A stretch of 64,000 bases of DNA from positions 3,988 through 67,987 of IMG/VR virus record IMGVR_UViG_3300006104_000752, one strand, 5' to 3'. This document shows, in pieces, positions 8,187-17,736 of the stretch. A program made the translations under genes and the position numbers. The notes below the pieces were generated by a model. It had not been told where the DNA came from and ran no database searches. It worked only from the letters and a program-made list of their open reading frames with translations. Origin of the DNA: a virus. Positions within the stretch are counted from its first letter, which is position 1, and each line of letters opens with the position of its first letter.

Positions 8187-9113
8187 TTAGTTCCAATAAT
8201 CGATAGAGCGACGTTTACCCTGAGCATCCAGGGTGTACGGGTTTCCACCTGCATCAACCAACTGACCTTCATCGTTGGTGGGACGAGTATAGCCCATCAT
8301 GGCAGGATTGTCAAATCGAGCATTGCCCTTTTCATCAACCCAAAAGCCATCTTCACTATCATATTCGTCGTAGATAATAGCAGATTGCAATTTATCTCCA
8401 CTAAGTTCTTTGCCCTTAGCGCTTTTTGGTAGGAATTCTTTCCAGCGTTCAGAGGGGCCAAAGAAGGTCTTAGGAAGCATGGTGTACTTAAGGTCTTCTC
8501 CATGGCGAAGCGAAATGTACTTCTCAAGAGCGGTCTTCAACTCTTCGTAAGGCACACCTTCCTTGATTCGAGCATTGAAGCAACCAAACGTACCCTTCTT
8601 ATCAACTGGGCGTGGGTAGATAGACCACAACTCTTCAAAGTCAACAGAGTATTCAAACGAAGACTTCCTCGTCTTCTTCTTCTTCTCGTTGCTACGAGAT
8701 ATATCTTTCTCTAATGTTCTTTCTATTAATGTTCTTTCATGTTGTAGGAGATTGGCGGCTACCCCTATAGGAGATTGGCGGCTACCTAGGGGTGTTTTAG
8801 CGGCTACCCCCTCAGGAATTGACGGCCACATGTAGTACAAATTGCTTGAGTATGAACCGTCTGGTCGCTTGCGCTTATCGGTCACAATTGCGCCAATAGA
8901 GGTCAATTCCTTAACGGAATCATCAACCCTGTCAATGGAGCAGTGCATACGCTCGGCTAGAAGCCTGCGTGAAGGCCAAGCCGCCTCGTTGCTCCCAATG
9001 TATCGGCTAAGAACGCCAAATAGCCTGACTGAATATGGGCTAATGTCAGCATCCAGAATCCACTCAGGGATAGTTGTGTAGACAAATCCCTTAATTCCCA
9101 CTACTTCGTTCAC
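8187..9113 (-). CDS. replication initiator, helix-turn-helix
   Basis: AWPSRRLLAERM HTH, SNLY, FEELWSIYPR, PKTFF; adjacent to helicase; contains iteron-like repeats. Confidence 0.8.
   Translation of the reverse strand: MNEVVGIKGFVYTTIPEWILDADISPYSVRLFGVLSRYIGSNEAAWPSRRLLAERMHCSIDRVDDSVKELTSIGAIVTDKRKRPDGSYSSNLYYMWPSIPEGVAAKTPLGSRQSPIGVAANLLQHERTLIERTLEKDISRSNEKKKKTRKSSFEYSVDFEELWSIYPRPVDKKGTFGCFNARIKEGVPYEELKTALEKYISLRHGEDLKYTMLPKTFFGPSERWKEFLPKSAKGKELSGDKLQSAIIYDEYDSEDGFWVDEKGNARFDNPAMMGYTRPTNDEGQLVDAGGNPYTLDAQGKRRSIDYWN
8701..8810. repeat. iteron-like repeats, putative replication origin
   Basis: TAGGAGATTGGCGGCTACC x2 (8745, 8768), third GCGGCTACC core (8800); AT-rich TAATGTTCTTTC x2 (8712, 8727). 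Confidence 0.7.
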
Positions 9114-11155
9114 TTGTTCATTCCCCTTCCTGCAAGTGTCTTAACAAGGTCGGTGATGAGACTACCATCATCAACCACGTCTTCGCCATCGGTAACGGCA
9201 TTGACGATTTTGCGCTTGTTTTCAAGCAATCCGTAAATGTCTTCGTCAATGGTCTGCGGTGCTAGCAAATACCAAGCAGTAGCACCGTGCATGTCGTTAA
9301 TACGACCATAGCATCGGCTAACGCACTGTTCATGGATTGCTGGCGTCCAGCCAAGTTCGCAAAACACAACGTCAGAAGCAGCGGTCAAGGTCAATCCTTC
9401 GCTGGCTGAAGTCATGTTGGCTACGAACACCCTGCATTTAGGGTCGTTCTGGAAACTGTCAACAGCCTTCTGGCGGTCTTCAACCGAAACACCACCACGA
9501 ATCTTCACTGCCACTTCCTTGTAGCGGTCAAACAAAGCCTCGACCATAGCAATGTGTTCTGCAAAAACAATAACCTTCTCGTCTTCGCTGGATTCAAGGA
9601 AGTTGTCAAGCCATTCAGTAACGGCACTCAACTTAATCTTGGATACGCTGTCACGCAAAGCAGTAATGCGAATCAGGTTGCGAGCGTTGTCCAAAGCAAT
9701 CTTCTTCTCCCAGTAAGCAGAAGTGCCGTCACTACCTTCTTCTTCGGCAATCTCTCTTGCTTTTTGGGCAAAGTATTCAACAGCATCTGCTTCAACGGTC
9801 TTGTAGTCCTTCATCAACTTCTCGTCAATGGACAGATACTGAACAGCGTTACGAAGCGGTGGCAGTTCGCCATACACGTCGCTCTTGTTACGACGCACAA
9901 AGCACATCTCTCGGAGTTTGTTGTTCAGTTCCTGGGTATTCAGAGCCGTATTGCGCTGTGGCGCATATCGATTTTTGAATTTCCAGGCACCCCCAAAGTG
10001 GTCTAGTCGACCAATCGCTTCCAGTTGCGGAATAAGTTCATCGGGACGATTAGTAATCGGAGTACCGGTAAGAAGAATCGTAAAGTCATCGGGACCGAGC
10101 ATCTTCGCTAAACGCATAACAGCAGCGGTTCGCTTAACCGTCCACGTCTCCATTGGAGAAATTCCGCGGGAACCACAACCACCACAGTTCACACTGTTCG
10201 AACGAACTGCACTCCCACACTCCGGGCAGACATGCTTCTTTTGCCCATTTTTAATAGCATGAGATTCATCAACAATCAAAGACTTAAATCCGTGCTGAAT
10301 GATGTCATCATTACGGTTATAAAGAATGTCATAATTAACGACAATTACGTCCGATTCTTCGATTTCGACAGACTTGCCACCGGTAAGTATGGATACCCTT
10401 ATTTTCGGAAAAAATTTTTTAATCTCCCGTTGCCAATTAATTTTTAAAGTATTAGGACAAACCACTACTGCTGGAAAGGCTCTTTCAGATGCGACTGTAG
10501 CGATAGCCTGAGCAGTCTTACCTAGTCCAGGCTGGTCTCCAATAATCCCCTTGCGAACGGTCTTGATGTAGGAAACACCCGCCTGCTGATAGGGAAGCAA
10601 CGGGATTGCTATGTCTTCAATATGAACTTCGCCGTGGAGCGCCTCGGATGCCTCACGCAACTTATTGGCACGCTCGGTTATCTCACGGGCAACATCTACG
10701 ACCTCTTGTGACATTGTGAGACGGAACTGGAAAGCAAACCGCATAACCTGCATAATGTCGTTCAACGGGGCAAGCCAAACCCTTTCCTTGATGCTCCATC
10801 TGGCGCTAGGAATAAAGGCACGCACTGAAGTAATCATCTCTGGGCTGTACTCAAAAGAGATGCGCACCTTGTCGCCGTCAAGTTCGAGTTGCTTCATACC
10901 TTCGCCCAGAGGTCCCGTTTCGTATCGCTCGGCACTCATTAACTCTGGGGCAAGTTCAATCCCCCATTTGCTAGCAAATTCCCTGAACTCATCAATTGAT
11001 GAGAGTGGAAACGAGTTGAGTTTGTTGTGGGCGTCCCATTGACGACCCTTAATCATTCGTACGTCGTTCACCAGGTCAAGGCTGAATTTACTGTTTAGGT
11101 AAATGACTTTGCCTTCTAACCAAGCATAGTTCTTTTTGTTAATTGTAGTCGTCAT
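9110..11155 (-). CDS. SNF2-family helicase with N-terminal HARP-like repeats and zinc-ribbon insertion
   Basis: GDQPGLGKT, DESH, LTGTP, GLTLTAA, QCVSRCYGR. Confidence 0.9.
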   Translation of the reverse strand: MTTTINKKNYAWLEGKVIYLNSKFSLDLVNDVRMIKGRQWDAHNKLNSFPLSSIDEFREFASKWGIELAPELMSAERYETGPLGEGMKQLELDGDKVRISFEYSPEMITSVRAFIPSARWSIKERVWLAPLNDIMQVMRFAFQFRLTMSQEVVDVAREITERANKLREASEALHGEVHIEDIAIPLLPYQQAGVSYIKTVRKGIIGDQPGLGKTAQAIATVASERAFPAVVVCPNTLKINWQREIKKFFPKIRVSILTGGKSVEIEESDVIVVNYDILYNRNDDIIQHGFKSLIVDESHAIKNGQKKHVCPECGSAVRSNSVNCGGCGSRGISPMETWTVKRTAAVMRLAKMLGPDDFTILLTGTPITNRPDELIPQLEAIGRLDHFGGAWKFKNRYAPQRNTALNTQELNNKLREMCFVRRNKSDVYGELPPLRNAVQYLSIDEKLMKDYKTVEADAVEYFAQKAREIAEEEGSDGTSAYWEKKIALDNARNLIRITALRDSVSKIKLSAVTEWLDNFLESSEDEKVIVFAEHIAMVEALFDRYKEVAVKIRGGVSVEDRQKAVDSFQNDPKCRVFVANMTSASEGLTLTAASDVVFCELGWTPAIHEQCVSRCYGRINDMHGATAWYLLAPQTIDEDIYGLLENKRKIVNAVTDGEDVVDDGSLITDLVKTLAGRGMNK

Positions 11156-11162
11156 TAAAACC

Positions 11163-11191
11163 ATTATACATTACTAGCCCTCAAAAGTCAA
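11163..11191 (-). promoter_or_regulatory. leftward promoter, probably leaderless
   Basis: TTGACT-17-TATAAT, 7 nt before ATG 11155. Confidence 0.85.
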
Positions 11192-11204
11192 TAGCGATTG
11201 TGCC

Positions 11205-11233
11205 TTGACTTTAAACATTCGTTCATCTATAAT
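11205..11233 (+). promoter_or_regulatory. recA promoter with SOS-box-like site in spacer
   Basis: TTGACT-17-TATAAT; AAAC-ATTC-GTTC at 11213-11224. Confidence 0.8.
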
Positions 11234-11258
11234 GTGGTCATTCTTCGAAAGGAATGAA

Positions 11259-12287
11259 ATGGCAAAGAAAACATCCGCCAAAAGCGACTCACTAGAGTCA
11301 ATTATTAGCGACATTAACAAGCAATTTGGGGCTGGCTCTATTATGCGCCTAGACGCATCGGACGTTGTGCCGGTTGAGGTAATCCCTACTGGTATTCTCC
11401 CATTGGACATGGCTTTGGGCGTAGGTGGTCTTCCTAAGGGTCGTATCATCGAAATGTACGGTCCGCCATCAAGTGGTAAGTCTACGCTTTCATTGCACTC
11501 GATTGCAGAAGCCCAGGCTCTTGGGATGGTGTGTGCTTACATTGACGTTGAACACGCATTTGACCCTATTTACGCAGAGGCTATTGGGGTTGACGTTCCT
11601 TCCCTGATTTTTGCCCAGCCAAACAATGCTGAGCAGGCTCTTGAAATGGCTATTCGTTTGACAAATAGCGGTGAGGTTGCAGTTGTTGTCATTGACTCTG
11701 TAGCCGCTTTGGTTCCACGAGCCGAACTTGAAGGCGAAATGGGAGATGCACACGTTGGTCTACAACCAAGAATCGTTGGTCAGGCAATGCGCAAGATTAC
11801 AGGTGCGGCTTCTAAGACCGGAACCATTGTCATCTTTATTAACCAACTGCGTGAATCTATTGGAAAGATGTATGGACCTAGCGAATACACACCTGGTGGA
11901 AAGTCTTTGGGCTATGCGGCTTCTGTTCGACTAGACATTCGCCGTATTCAGACAATTAAGAAGGGTGACGAAGCAACAGCCAACCGCACCCGTGTCAAGG
12001 TTGTAAAGAACAAGGTTGCGCCACCTTTCAAGCAAGCAGAGTTTGACCTTGAATACGGTGTCGGCGTTCCAAAGGCAAACGCTTTGTTGGACTGCGCCAT
12101 TGACTTTGGCATTCTTCGACAGGCTGGCGCTTGGATTTACTACGGTGGCGAGCAGTTTGCTAACGGAAGAAACAAGGCAAAGGCACGCATTGAGGAATCG
12201 CCAGAACTTTACGACGAAATTTACGCCGAGGTAATTAAGTTGGCAGGAAAAAACATTGAAGTAGGTGTTGACAATGACGAAGATTAA
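11259..12287 (+). CDS. recA: RecA recombinase
   Basis: GGLPKGRIIEMYGPPSSGKST, IDSVAALVPRAE, FINQLR, KNKVAPPF. Confidence 0.97.
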   Translation: MAKKTSAKSDSLESIISDINKQFGAGSIMRLDASDVVPVEVIPTGILPLDMALGVGGLPKGRIIEMYGPPSSGKSTLSLHSIAEAQALGMVCAYIDVEHAFDPIYAEAIGVDVPSLIFAQPNNAEQALEMAIRLTNSGEVAVVVIDSVAALVPRAELEGEMGDAHVGLQPRIVGQAMRKITGAASKTGTIVIFINQLRESIGKMYGPSEYTPGGKSLGYAASVRLDIRRIQTIKKGDEATANRTRVKVVKNKVAPPFKQAEFDLEYGVGVPKANALLDCAIDFGILRQAGAWIYYGGEQFANGRNKAKARIEESPELYDEIYAEVIKLAGKNIEVGVDNDED

Positions 12288-12492
12288 TGCTAAGGTAGAA
12301 AACGAGAAGTTAATTATCAAAGCGATTGAAGATTGGTATAAGGGTCACGCTTACGGTCCCAGTTACCGTGACCTTTCTTTGATGACTGGGGTTTCACTCG
12401 GCACGGTGTTTGGGGTGTGTCGGGATTTGCGGGAATCAGGATTGATTGATTTCCAAGACAATGTGGCTCGAACAATAAAATTGAAAGGATAG
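12274..12492 (+). CDS. LexA-like winged-helix DNA-binding domain only
   Basis: YGPSYRDL..G.S..TV..L...GLI....ARTI; no peptidase domain. Confidence 0.75.
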   Translation: MTKINAKVENEKLIIKAIEDWYKGHAYGPSYRDLSLMTGVSLGTVFGVCRDLRESGLIDFQDNVARTIKLKG

Positions 12493-12494
12493 TA

Positions 12495-13517
12495 ATGAAT
12501 AATGTAAAAGTAATACCAGTGTGGGATATGACCGAAGAAGAATGGCTCAAGGCTCGTGAGGGCGGTATTGGTGGGTCTGATGCAGGCACCGTTTGTGGAG
12601 TGAACAATTACAAGTCCGCTTACGCTTTGTGGGCTGAGAAGTCTGGCATTGTAGAGCGTGATTTTGTTGGAAACGAAGCAACCAAGTGGGGTCACCGTTT
12701 AGAGCGAATCGTTGCAGAAGGATACGCCGAGGACTACAACAAGGCAGTTGTTGAATGGCCTGTGATTCTTGTATCTCAAGAAGAAGGTCTTGAGTTCATG
12801 TTTGCCAACCTTGACTTTCTTATTGTTGAGCCCAGCGAGCAATTTCCTGCGGGAGTTGTAACTGACTGGCGTAGCGTTGAAGAACCAAGTGGTGTCCTCG
12901 GCATTCTTGAAGTAAAGACTGCTGGTATTGCAAGTCCTGGAAACCCAGCATCTTGGGCGGGTGACAAAATTCCTGAAAGTTACATGCTTCAGGGATACCA
13001 CTACGGAGTTGTCACCGGATGGAAGTCTGTTGTTTTTTCAGCATTGGTCGGTGGCTCCGGACTTCAGGTTCGTGAAATGCCATGGGACGAGAACATCGCC
13101 GAAAACATGGTCATTGCAGAGCAACAGTTCTGGGATTGCGTCAAGTTCGGCATTGCTCCTGAAGTTGACGGTTCTGATGCAACCGAATCAGCACTTCAGC
13201 AACGCTATCCACGCCATGAGGAAGGCAAGGGCTACGAAGGTGGCACAGAACTGTATGGCCTTTGGGAGGCTTTTAGCCAAGCAAAGCAGGAAGCCGAAGA
13301 AGCGGACAAGGTTCGAAAGGCTTTGCGTGCTCGCATTCTTGAATTGATTGGTGATGCTGAATTTGCCACTGTTAACGGTAAGGCAATTCTTTCGTACAAG
13401 GCAAGCAAAGACGTTGAATCCCTTGACACAGACCGACTTAAGTCTGAAGCACCTGAAATCTTTGAGCGTTTCAAGAAGGTCCGTCCTGGCGCTCGCACTT
13501 TAAGGGCGGTTAAGTAA
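12495..13517 (+). CDS. YqaJ-like (lambda-exonuclease family) nuclease
   Basis: EWLKAR..GIGGSDA, WG..LE, ANLD, LEVKT, Y..Q...Y. Confidence 0.92.
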   Translation: MNNVKVIPVWDMTEEEWLKAREGGIGGSDAGTVCGVNNYKSAYALWAEKSGIVERDFVGNEATKWGHRLERIVAEGYAEDYNKAVVEWPVILVSQEEGLEFMFANLDFLIVEPSEQFPAGVVTDWRSVEEPSGVLGILEVKTAGIASPGNPASWAGDKIPESYMLQGYHYGVVTGWKSVVFSALVGGSGLQVREMPWDENIAENMVIAEQQFWDCVKFGIAPEVDGSDATESALQQRYPRHEEGKGYEGGTELYGLWEAFSQAKQEAEEADKVRKALRARILELIGDAEFATVNGKAILSYKASKDVESLDTDRLKSEAPEIFERFKKVRPGARTLRAVK

Positions 13518-13717
13518 TGAATGAAAATTTATCAATTCCATTTTGGCCAGGCGACATTGTTGAACATTTGCCATCAAGGGTTGTTTTTCGTATTGACGCA
13601 ATTACCATTTACGAAAATGGCGATTACAGGTATTACACTTCAGATTCAAGGGTCTACAGTTCCAGTAATCTTCGTTTGATTCAAACTAGAAAAGAAAATA
13701 GTGAACTTGACAAATAA
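13517..13717 (+). CDS. small hypothetical protein
   Basis: F.PGDIV.H motif; coupled to upstream stop. Confidence 0.6.
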   Translation: MNENLSIPFWPGDIVEHLPSRVVFRIDAITIYENGDYRYYTSDSRVYSSSNLRLIQTRKENSELDK

Positions 13718-13735
13718 AGTTTGCTGTGCTACAAT
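13707..13735 (+). promoter_or_regulatory. sigma70/SigA-type promoter
   Basis: TTGACA-17-TACAAT with TGTGC, followed by TGACC..GGTCA hairpin and AGAAAGGA. Confidence 0.8.
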
Positions 13736-13779
13736 GTTTTTGACCGCCAAGATGGTCACCACAATAGAAAGGAATTAAA

Positions 13780-14466
13780 ATGCAGAGTGTTGAAATTAAC
13801 GAACTCGCTTCCGCTTTAGTTAAAGCACAAGGGGAGTTCTCAGCAATTCCCAAGTCATCAAACAACCCGTTCTTCAACAGCAAGTACGCGGCTTTGCCCG
13901 AAGTAGTAGCGGCGGCTACCCCAATTCTTGCCAAGAATGGTTTGGCAGTTAGCCAATTCATCACATATACCGAAGATGGTAGTGATGCTCTTATTACGCA
14001 CCTCATCCATGAATCAGGTCAGTACATTTCATACTCAATGAAGTTGCACTTGGTTCCGGACAAGAATGGTTTTATAACGCCTCAGGCTCAGGGTAGTGCA
14101 ACGACTTATGCTCGTCGTTATTCATACATGAGCGTTTTGGGTCTGGTTGCAGATGAAGACGATGACGGCAACGCCGCTTCTCAGTCTCAGCCCAATACAG
14201 GCACTCAGTCAAAGTCCAGCGAAAAGCCTGCCAGTGATTTCAAGTCAAAGGTTGCTAAGGCTGCTGGACAATCAACCGGTGCAAACATGGCAACCGAAAA
14301 GATGTGCAAGATGATTTGGGCTATTTGCCACAAGTCACTCAACTATGACGACCTTAAGCAGTACGAGGTAATTGAAAGCATTGTTGAGCGTCCGGTCGAA
14401 AGCCTTGAATCACTTACGTTTGATGAAGCCAAGGCAGTCATCGAACATCTACAATCTCTACAATAG
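13780..14466 (+). CDS. erf: ERF family ssDNA-annealing protein
   Basis: NPFFNSKYA.L, HESGQ, QAQGSATTYARRYS, DEDDDGN. Confidence 0.93.
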   Translation: MQSVEINELASALVKAQGEFSAIPKSSNNPFFNSKYAALPEVVAAATPILAKNGLAVSQFITYTEDGSDALITHLIHESGQYISYSMKLHLVPDKNGFITPQAQGSATTYARRYSYMSVLGLVADEDDDGNAASQSQPNTGTQSKSSEKPASDFKSKVAKAAGQSTGANMATEKMCKMIWAICHKSLNYDDLKQYEVIESIVERPVESLESLTFDEAKAVIEHLQSLQ

Positions 14467-14480
14467 GAAGGAATAAAAAA

Positions 14481-14861
14481 ATGAATTCAACAATTACAGT
14501 TACAGGAAACCTTACCCGTGACACGGAACTTACCTTTGGTGACAGTGGTACAGCCCGCGTGCGATTTGGTCTTGCATCTACTCGCCGTGTAAAGGAAAAG
14601 GAGCACACGTCGTTCTACGATGTTGTTGCTTTTGGAAAGACCGCAGAGAACATTCACGCTTCTTTGGCTAAGGGGTCTTCAGTAATCGTTTCTGGTCGCC
14701 TTGAGGTTAAGGAATACGAGCGCAAGGACGGTAGCAAGGGAACGGCAGTAGAGGTTATTGCCGACGAGGTTGGAGCATTGCTTCGATTTGCTACGGTATC
14801 TATCTCAAAGAATGAGAAGTCCGCACCAGTAGTTCAGCCGTGGGAGGAAGAAGACTTCTAA
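14481..14861 (+). CDS. ssb: single-stranded DNA-binding protein
   Basis: GNLTRD.EL, KG..VIV.GRL, acidic tail EEEDF. Confidence 0.93.
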   Translation: MNSTITVTGNLTRDTELTFGDSGTARVRFGLASTRRVKEKEHTSFYDVVAFGKTAENIHASLAKGSSVIVSGRLEVKEYERKDGSKGTAVEVIADEVGALLRFATVSISKNEKSAPVVQPWEEEDF

Positions 14862-15235
14862 TGGCTGAAGAATACGCACTACCGTTTAGTTACATCAACA
14901 TTGAAGAGTCAATGCGTCATGCCATGAACCAAATGGCTGAACTGACAAAGGACTTTGCTGGAACTGCTGATGAATACGGTTATGCAGAATCTGCTTTCAA
15001 GGTTGCCTTCGCCCGAAACCGCTTAGAGGCTAGGTTTGGGGGCAACCGAGAAGGTGTGAAAATGACCGCCGATATTGCGGAGGATATTGCAACGGTCGAA
15101 ACGGAAAAAGAACGCATGGCAATGGAAGCGGCTAAAGCAAAAAACGATGCCACTCGCCAAGCGTTGCTGTCGGTCCGTTCCAGATTAGAAGCCCTGAGAA
15201 GCCTTATGGCTTCCTACCGAGAGTCAGGAAACTAA
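14861..15235 (+). CDS. helical hypothetical protein
   Basis: Coupled to ssb stop (TAATG); coiled-coil character. Confidence 0.7.
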   Translation: MAEEYALPFSYINIEESMRHAMNQMAELTKDFAGTADEYGYAESAFKVAFARNRLEARFGGNREGVKMTADIAEDIATVETEKERMAMEAAKAKNDATRQALLSVRSRLEALRSLMASYRESGN

Positions 15236-15391
15236 ATGTCCTACGAAGATGAATTGCAAGCGTACGTTAAAGAACTTGAAACCATGGTTCGTGAACTTCA
15301 GTCTGAAAATGAAGAACTAGAATATGAGGTCAACCAACTACACCGCTTGATTGCAATCATTGACACGCAACAACAGCATGTAGATTTGTAA
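15236..15391 (+). CDS. 51-aa acidic coiled-coil protein
   Basis: Manual translation MSYEDELQAYVKELETMVRELQSENEELEYEVNQL...; fills gap exactly. Confidence 0.65.
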   Translation: MSYEDELQAYVKELETMVRELQSENEELEYEVNQLHRLIAIIDTQQQHVDL

Positions 15392-15783
15392 TGGAACGTC
15401 GCAAGGCACTTGCTAGCAAGAAGGGTCTTCAAAGCAAAACTTCATTAAAAGCAAAATCTTCTTTAAAGACGAAAACGGGGCTGAAAGCGACAAAATCGCT
15501 CCAGCCCCGTTCCGCTAAAATGAAAGAAATTTATAAATCCCGCTCTGGTTTTGTTAAAGAATTTCTTGAATTACACCCAGTTTGCCAAGCACGTTGGGAT
15601 GACAAGTGCTATACTAAGTCTTCTGATGTCCACGAAATTTTGCCACGCGGAGTTGGCGGTAAGATTATTGGCGGAGATTTGAGTAACTACATGTCTGTTT
15701 GTCGTTATTGTCATACTATGATTACAGACAACCCAGAAGAAGCACACCGACGGGGATTAAGGAAATGGTCGTGGGAGCAGTGA
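15391..15783 (+). CDS. HNH endonuclease-like protein with basic N-terminal repeats
   Basis: C...DVHE..RG....N...CRYCH; LKAKSS/LKTKTG/LKATKS repeats. Confidence 0.8.
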   Translation: MERRKALASKKGLQSKTSLKAKSSLKTKTGLKATKSLQPRSAKMKEIYKSRSGFVKEFLELHPVCQARWDDKCYTKSSDVHEILPRGVGGKIIGGDLSNYMSVCRYCHTMITDNPEEAHRRGLRKWSWEQ

Positions 15784-15941
15784 ACCGCAAAGTCATGCGC
15801 AACACAAGTCACTACAGCGAAATCATATTGAACAAAGGCAAGTTTGATGCCAAGTGTTCTTGTGGCTGGAAATCAACTTTAGAAACTCGTCAACTCGCAA
15901 GAAACGTCACGTACCTGCATGTTGTTGAGCGGAGTGAATAA
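15780..15941 (+). CDS. small zinc-binding hypothetical protein
   Basis: H...CSCGW...H; GTGA overlap. Confidence 0.55.
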   Translation: MNRKVMRNTSHYSEIILNKGKFDAKCSCGWKSTLETRQLARNVTYLHVVERSE

Positions 15942-16261
15942 TGGAAATTGAATACAGCGACTACGAAATTTGGGAGTTTGTCAAAGCACTTCAAGACATG
16001 CGACCCGACTTCTACTTTCTTGCCTTGTGCCGAGATAAGGACCTTCAGGAATTTTTTCCTGGTAAGGGTCAGTCTTTGCAAGTAAGAAAGTCCAGGGAAG
16101 TCTGCATGGTCTGCCCAGTTCAATTTGAGTGCTTGCAGTATGCGCTGGACAACAAAATAACACATGGTGTCTGGGGCGGTTCTTCCCCTGAACAAAGAAT
16201 CAATTGGATAGAGAAGGGTTTTGATGCGGAGGAAGCGTGGTTAGAAACAAGCCTAGAATAA
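15941..16261 (+). CDS. whiB: WhiB family transcription factor
   Basis: ALC...FFP...C..CPV..EC..YAL....GVWGG. Confidence 0.9.
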   Translation: MEIEYSDYEIWEFVKALQDMRPDFYFLALCRDKDLQEFFPGKGQSLQVRKSREVCMVCPVQFECLQYALDNKITHGVWGGSSPEQRINWIEKGFDAEEAWLETSLE

Positions 16262-16504
16262 AGAGATTTTTGCTTCTTCTGCTCGTTGTTTTTTTAGTTT
16301 TTTAGCAAGGTTTTCGTACTCTGGTTCATACCTACAAGTAAAGTGAACCGAGTCCAATTCTGAATACAATCCTTCTGTGTGTTGTGGACATAAATCACCA
16401 CAAACAAGGCAAGGTGTCCACTTGTACTTTTCACCCTTGTTTCGGCGCAAGTTAATTTGCTTTGCAACTTTTACGTTGGTCGGCTCTTTATTGCGTTTAG
16501 CCAT
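16253..16504 (-). CDS. basic hypothetical protein with CxxC..HxxC motif
   Basis: CLVCG...VHFTC; coupled to upstream gene. Confidence 0.65.
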   Translation of the reverse strand: MAKRNKEPTNVKVAKQINLRRNKGEKYKWTPCLVCGDLCPQHTEGLYSELDSVHFTCRYEPEYENLAKKLKKQRAEEAKISLF

Positions 16505-17736
16505 TAAGAGTGACCCTCGTAAGAACCAAGAACTGCAAGGTCAGACCAACCGCGAGGGTCGTGCTCACCAACAAGGAACGTAAGTGTTCCTGGTGTGCTC
16601 CACTTGCCAGATGAGTCAGAATACCACTTAGAACCACCGTCTTGGCTTGGGCATTGCAAACGCCAGAAAGGGCCGTAGTCATCAACACGAACGTGGTGAC
16701 GGTGCGCTGTAATCCATAGTCGTGGCATTACGCCTTGCTCGTATTGCAAACGTTGCCCTTGACCACGAAGCCATTCAAATTCCTTTGAATCGCTAGTAAT
16801 CTTGTGACCGTGTGTAAACGCAATTGGAACGCCTGACAATTCCATTGTCTGAACAAACTCGTCATGGGCTATTACCCACTCAGAAGGACCGTCTGTACGT
16901 CCATCAAACACACGCTTAAGAGTGTCGGCAAGGTAGCCGCCAGCGTTGTCTGAATCAGTCGTAATTGGCTTACTTCCGCCATTGCGTGTCCACTCACCGT
17001 GATTGCAGAGGACAGAAGCAAAAACATCTGGTTTAATTGCCATTACTCCAGCAATCCATAAATCAAGAACAAGGTTAAGTTGTTCACGCTGAGTGAGTTC
17101 TACTGAAAATGTCTGGGAACTGTAGTTTCCGGAGCATCCTTCCGTGGGGTCACCTTCGTTAATAATAACAACTCGTTCAATGTTTCGACCCATTTTGCGC
17201 AATTCTTCAATGCGCTCAAGGGTTAAATCAAAACTCTCTTGAATTCGCTCAATTGTTTTCTCAACACCGCCACCAGCAGACTTTCCAATTTGCCAGTCAG
17301 ACCAACAAACAACAAAAGTTGATGGTAGGTTAAATGAATTCTTTGAAGACACTGGCTTCTTTGAAGGACGCCACTTGTCAATCTTTGCTTGCAAAGCCTT
17401 AATGTCCAATGGTGTTGCTTCGGGTGCACGGCGAGCAAACTGAGCCTTGTAAGAGTAAAGCCAAACAATGTCACGGTTGCCGTCTTCGGTGCGCTTTGAT
17501 TGTTGCCACTTGCTCATTCGAACGGTGTCATTGACAACGTAAAAAACTTCTGGGTCAAGGCCAAAGCCTTCGAGAACCTCTGTCCAGTCTCCGGAAAGGT
17601 CTAGGGGTTTGCGAAGAGTTCCAGTAGAAAACTCACCACCGTCCGGACCAACTTCCACAAACGGTTTTGGGTCAGATGCTTTTGATTCGGGTTCTGGTTT
17701 TTCGAATTCACTAAGGTCTACTTTTTTACTTGCCAC
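16504..17736 (-). CDS. calcineurin-like metallophosphoesterase
   Basis: SDWQ, GD..EG, NHGE, THGH, AHRHH; GTG17736 after SD AAAGGA. Confidence 0.85.
   Translation of the reverse strand: MASKKVDLSEFEKPEPESKASDPKPFVEVGPDGGEFSTGTLRKPLDLSGDWTEVLEGFGLDPEVFYVVNDTVRMSKWQQSKRTEDGNRDIVWLYSYKAQFARRAPEATPLDIKALQAKIDKWRPSKKPVSSKNSFNLPSTFVVCWSDWQIGKSAGGGVEKTIERIQESFDLTLERIEELRKMGRNIERVVIINEGDPTEGCSGNYSSQTFSVELTQREQLNLVLDLWIAGVMAIKPDVFASVLCNHGEWTRNGGSKPITTDSDNAGGYLADTLKRVFDGRTDGPSEWVIAHDEFVQTMELSGVPIAFTHGHKITSDSKEFEWLRGQGQRLQYEQGVMPRLWITAHRHHVRVDDYGPFWRLQCPSQDGGSKWYSDSSGKWSTPGTLTFLVGEHDPRGWSDLAVLGSYEGHS

Noticed and set aside
11205-11258. Extended RecA N-terminus from the ORF track
   Set aside because: The TTG start is the -35 box; ATG 11259 has the SD.
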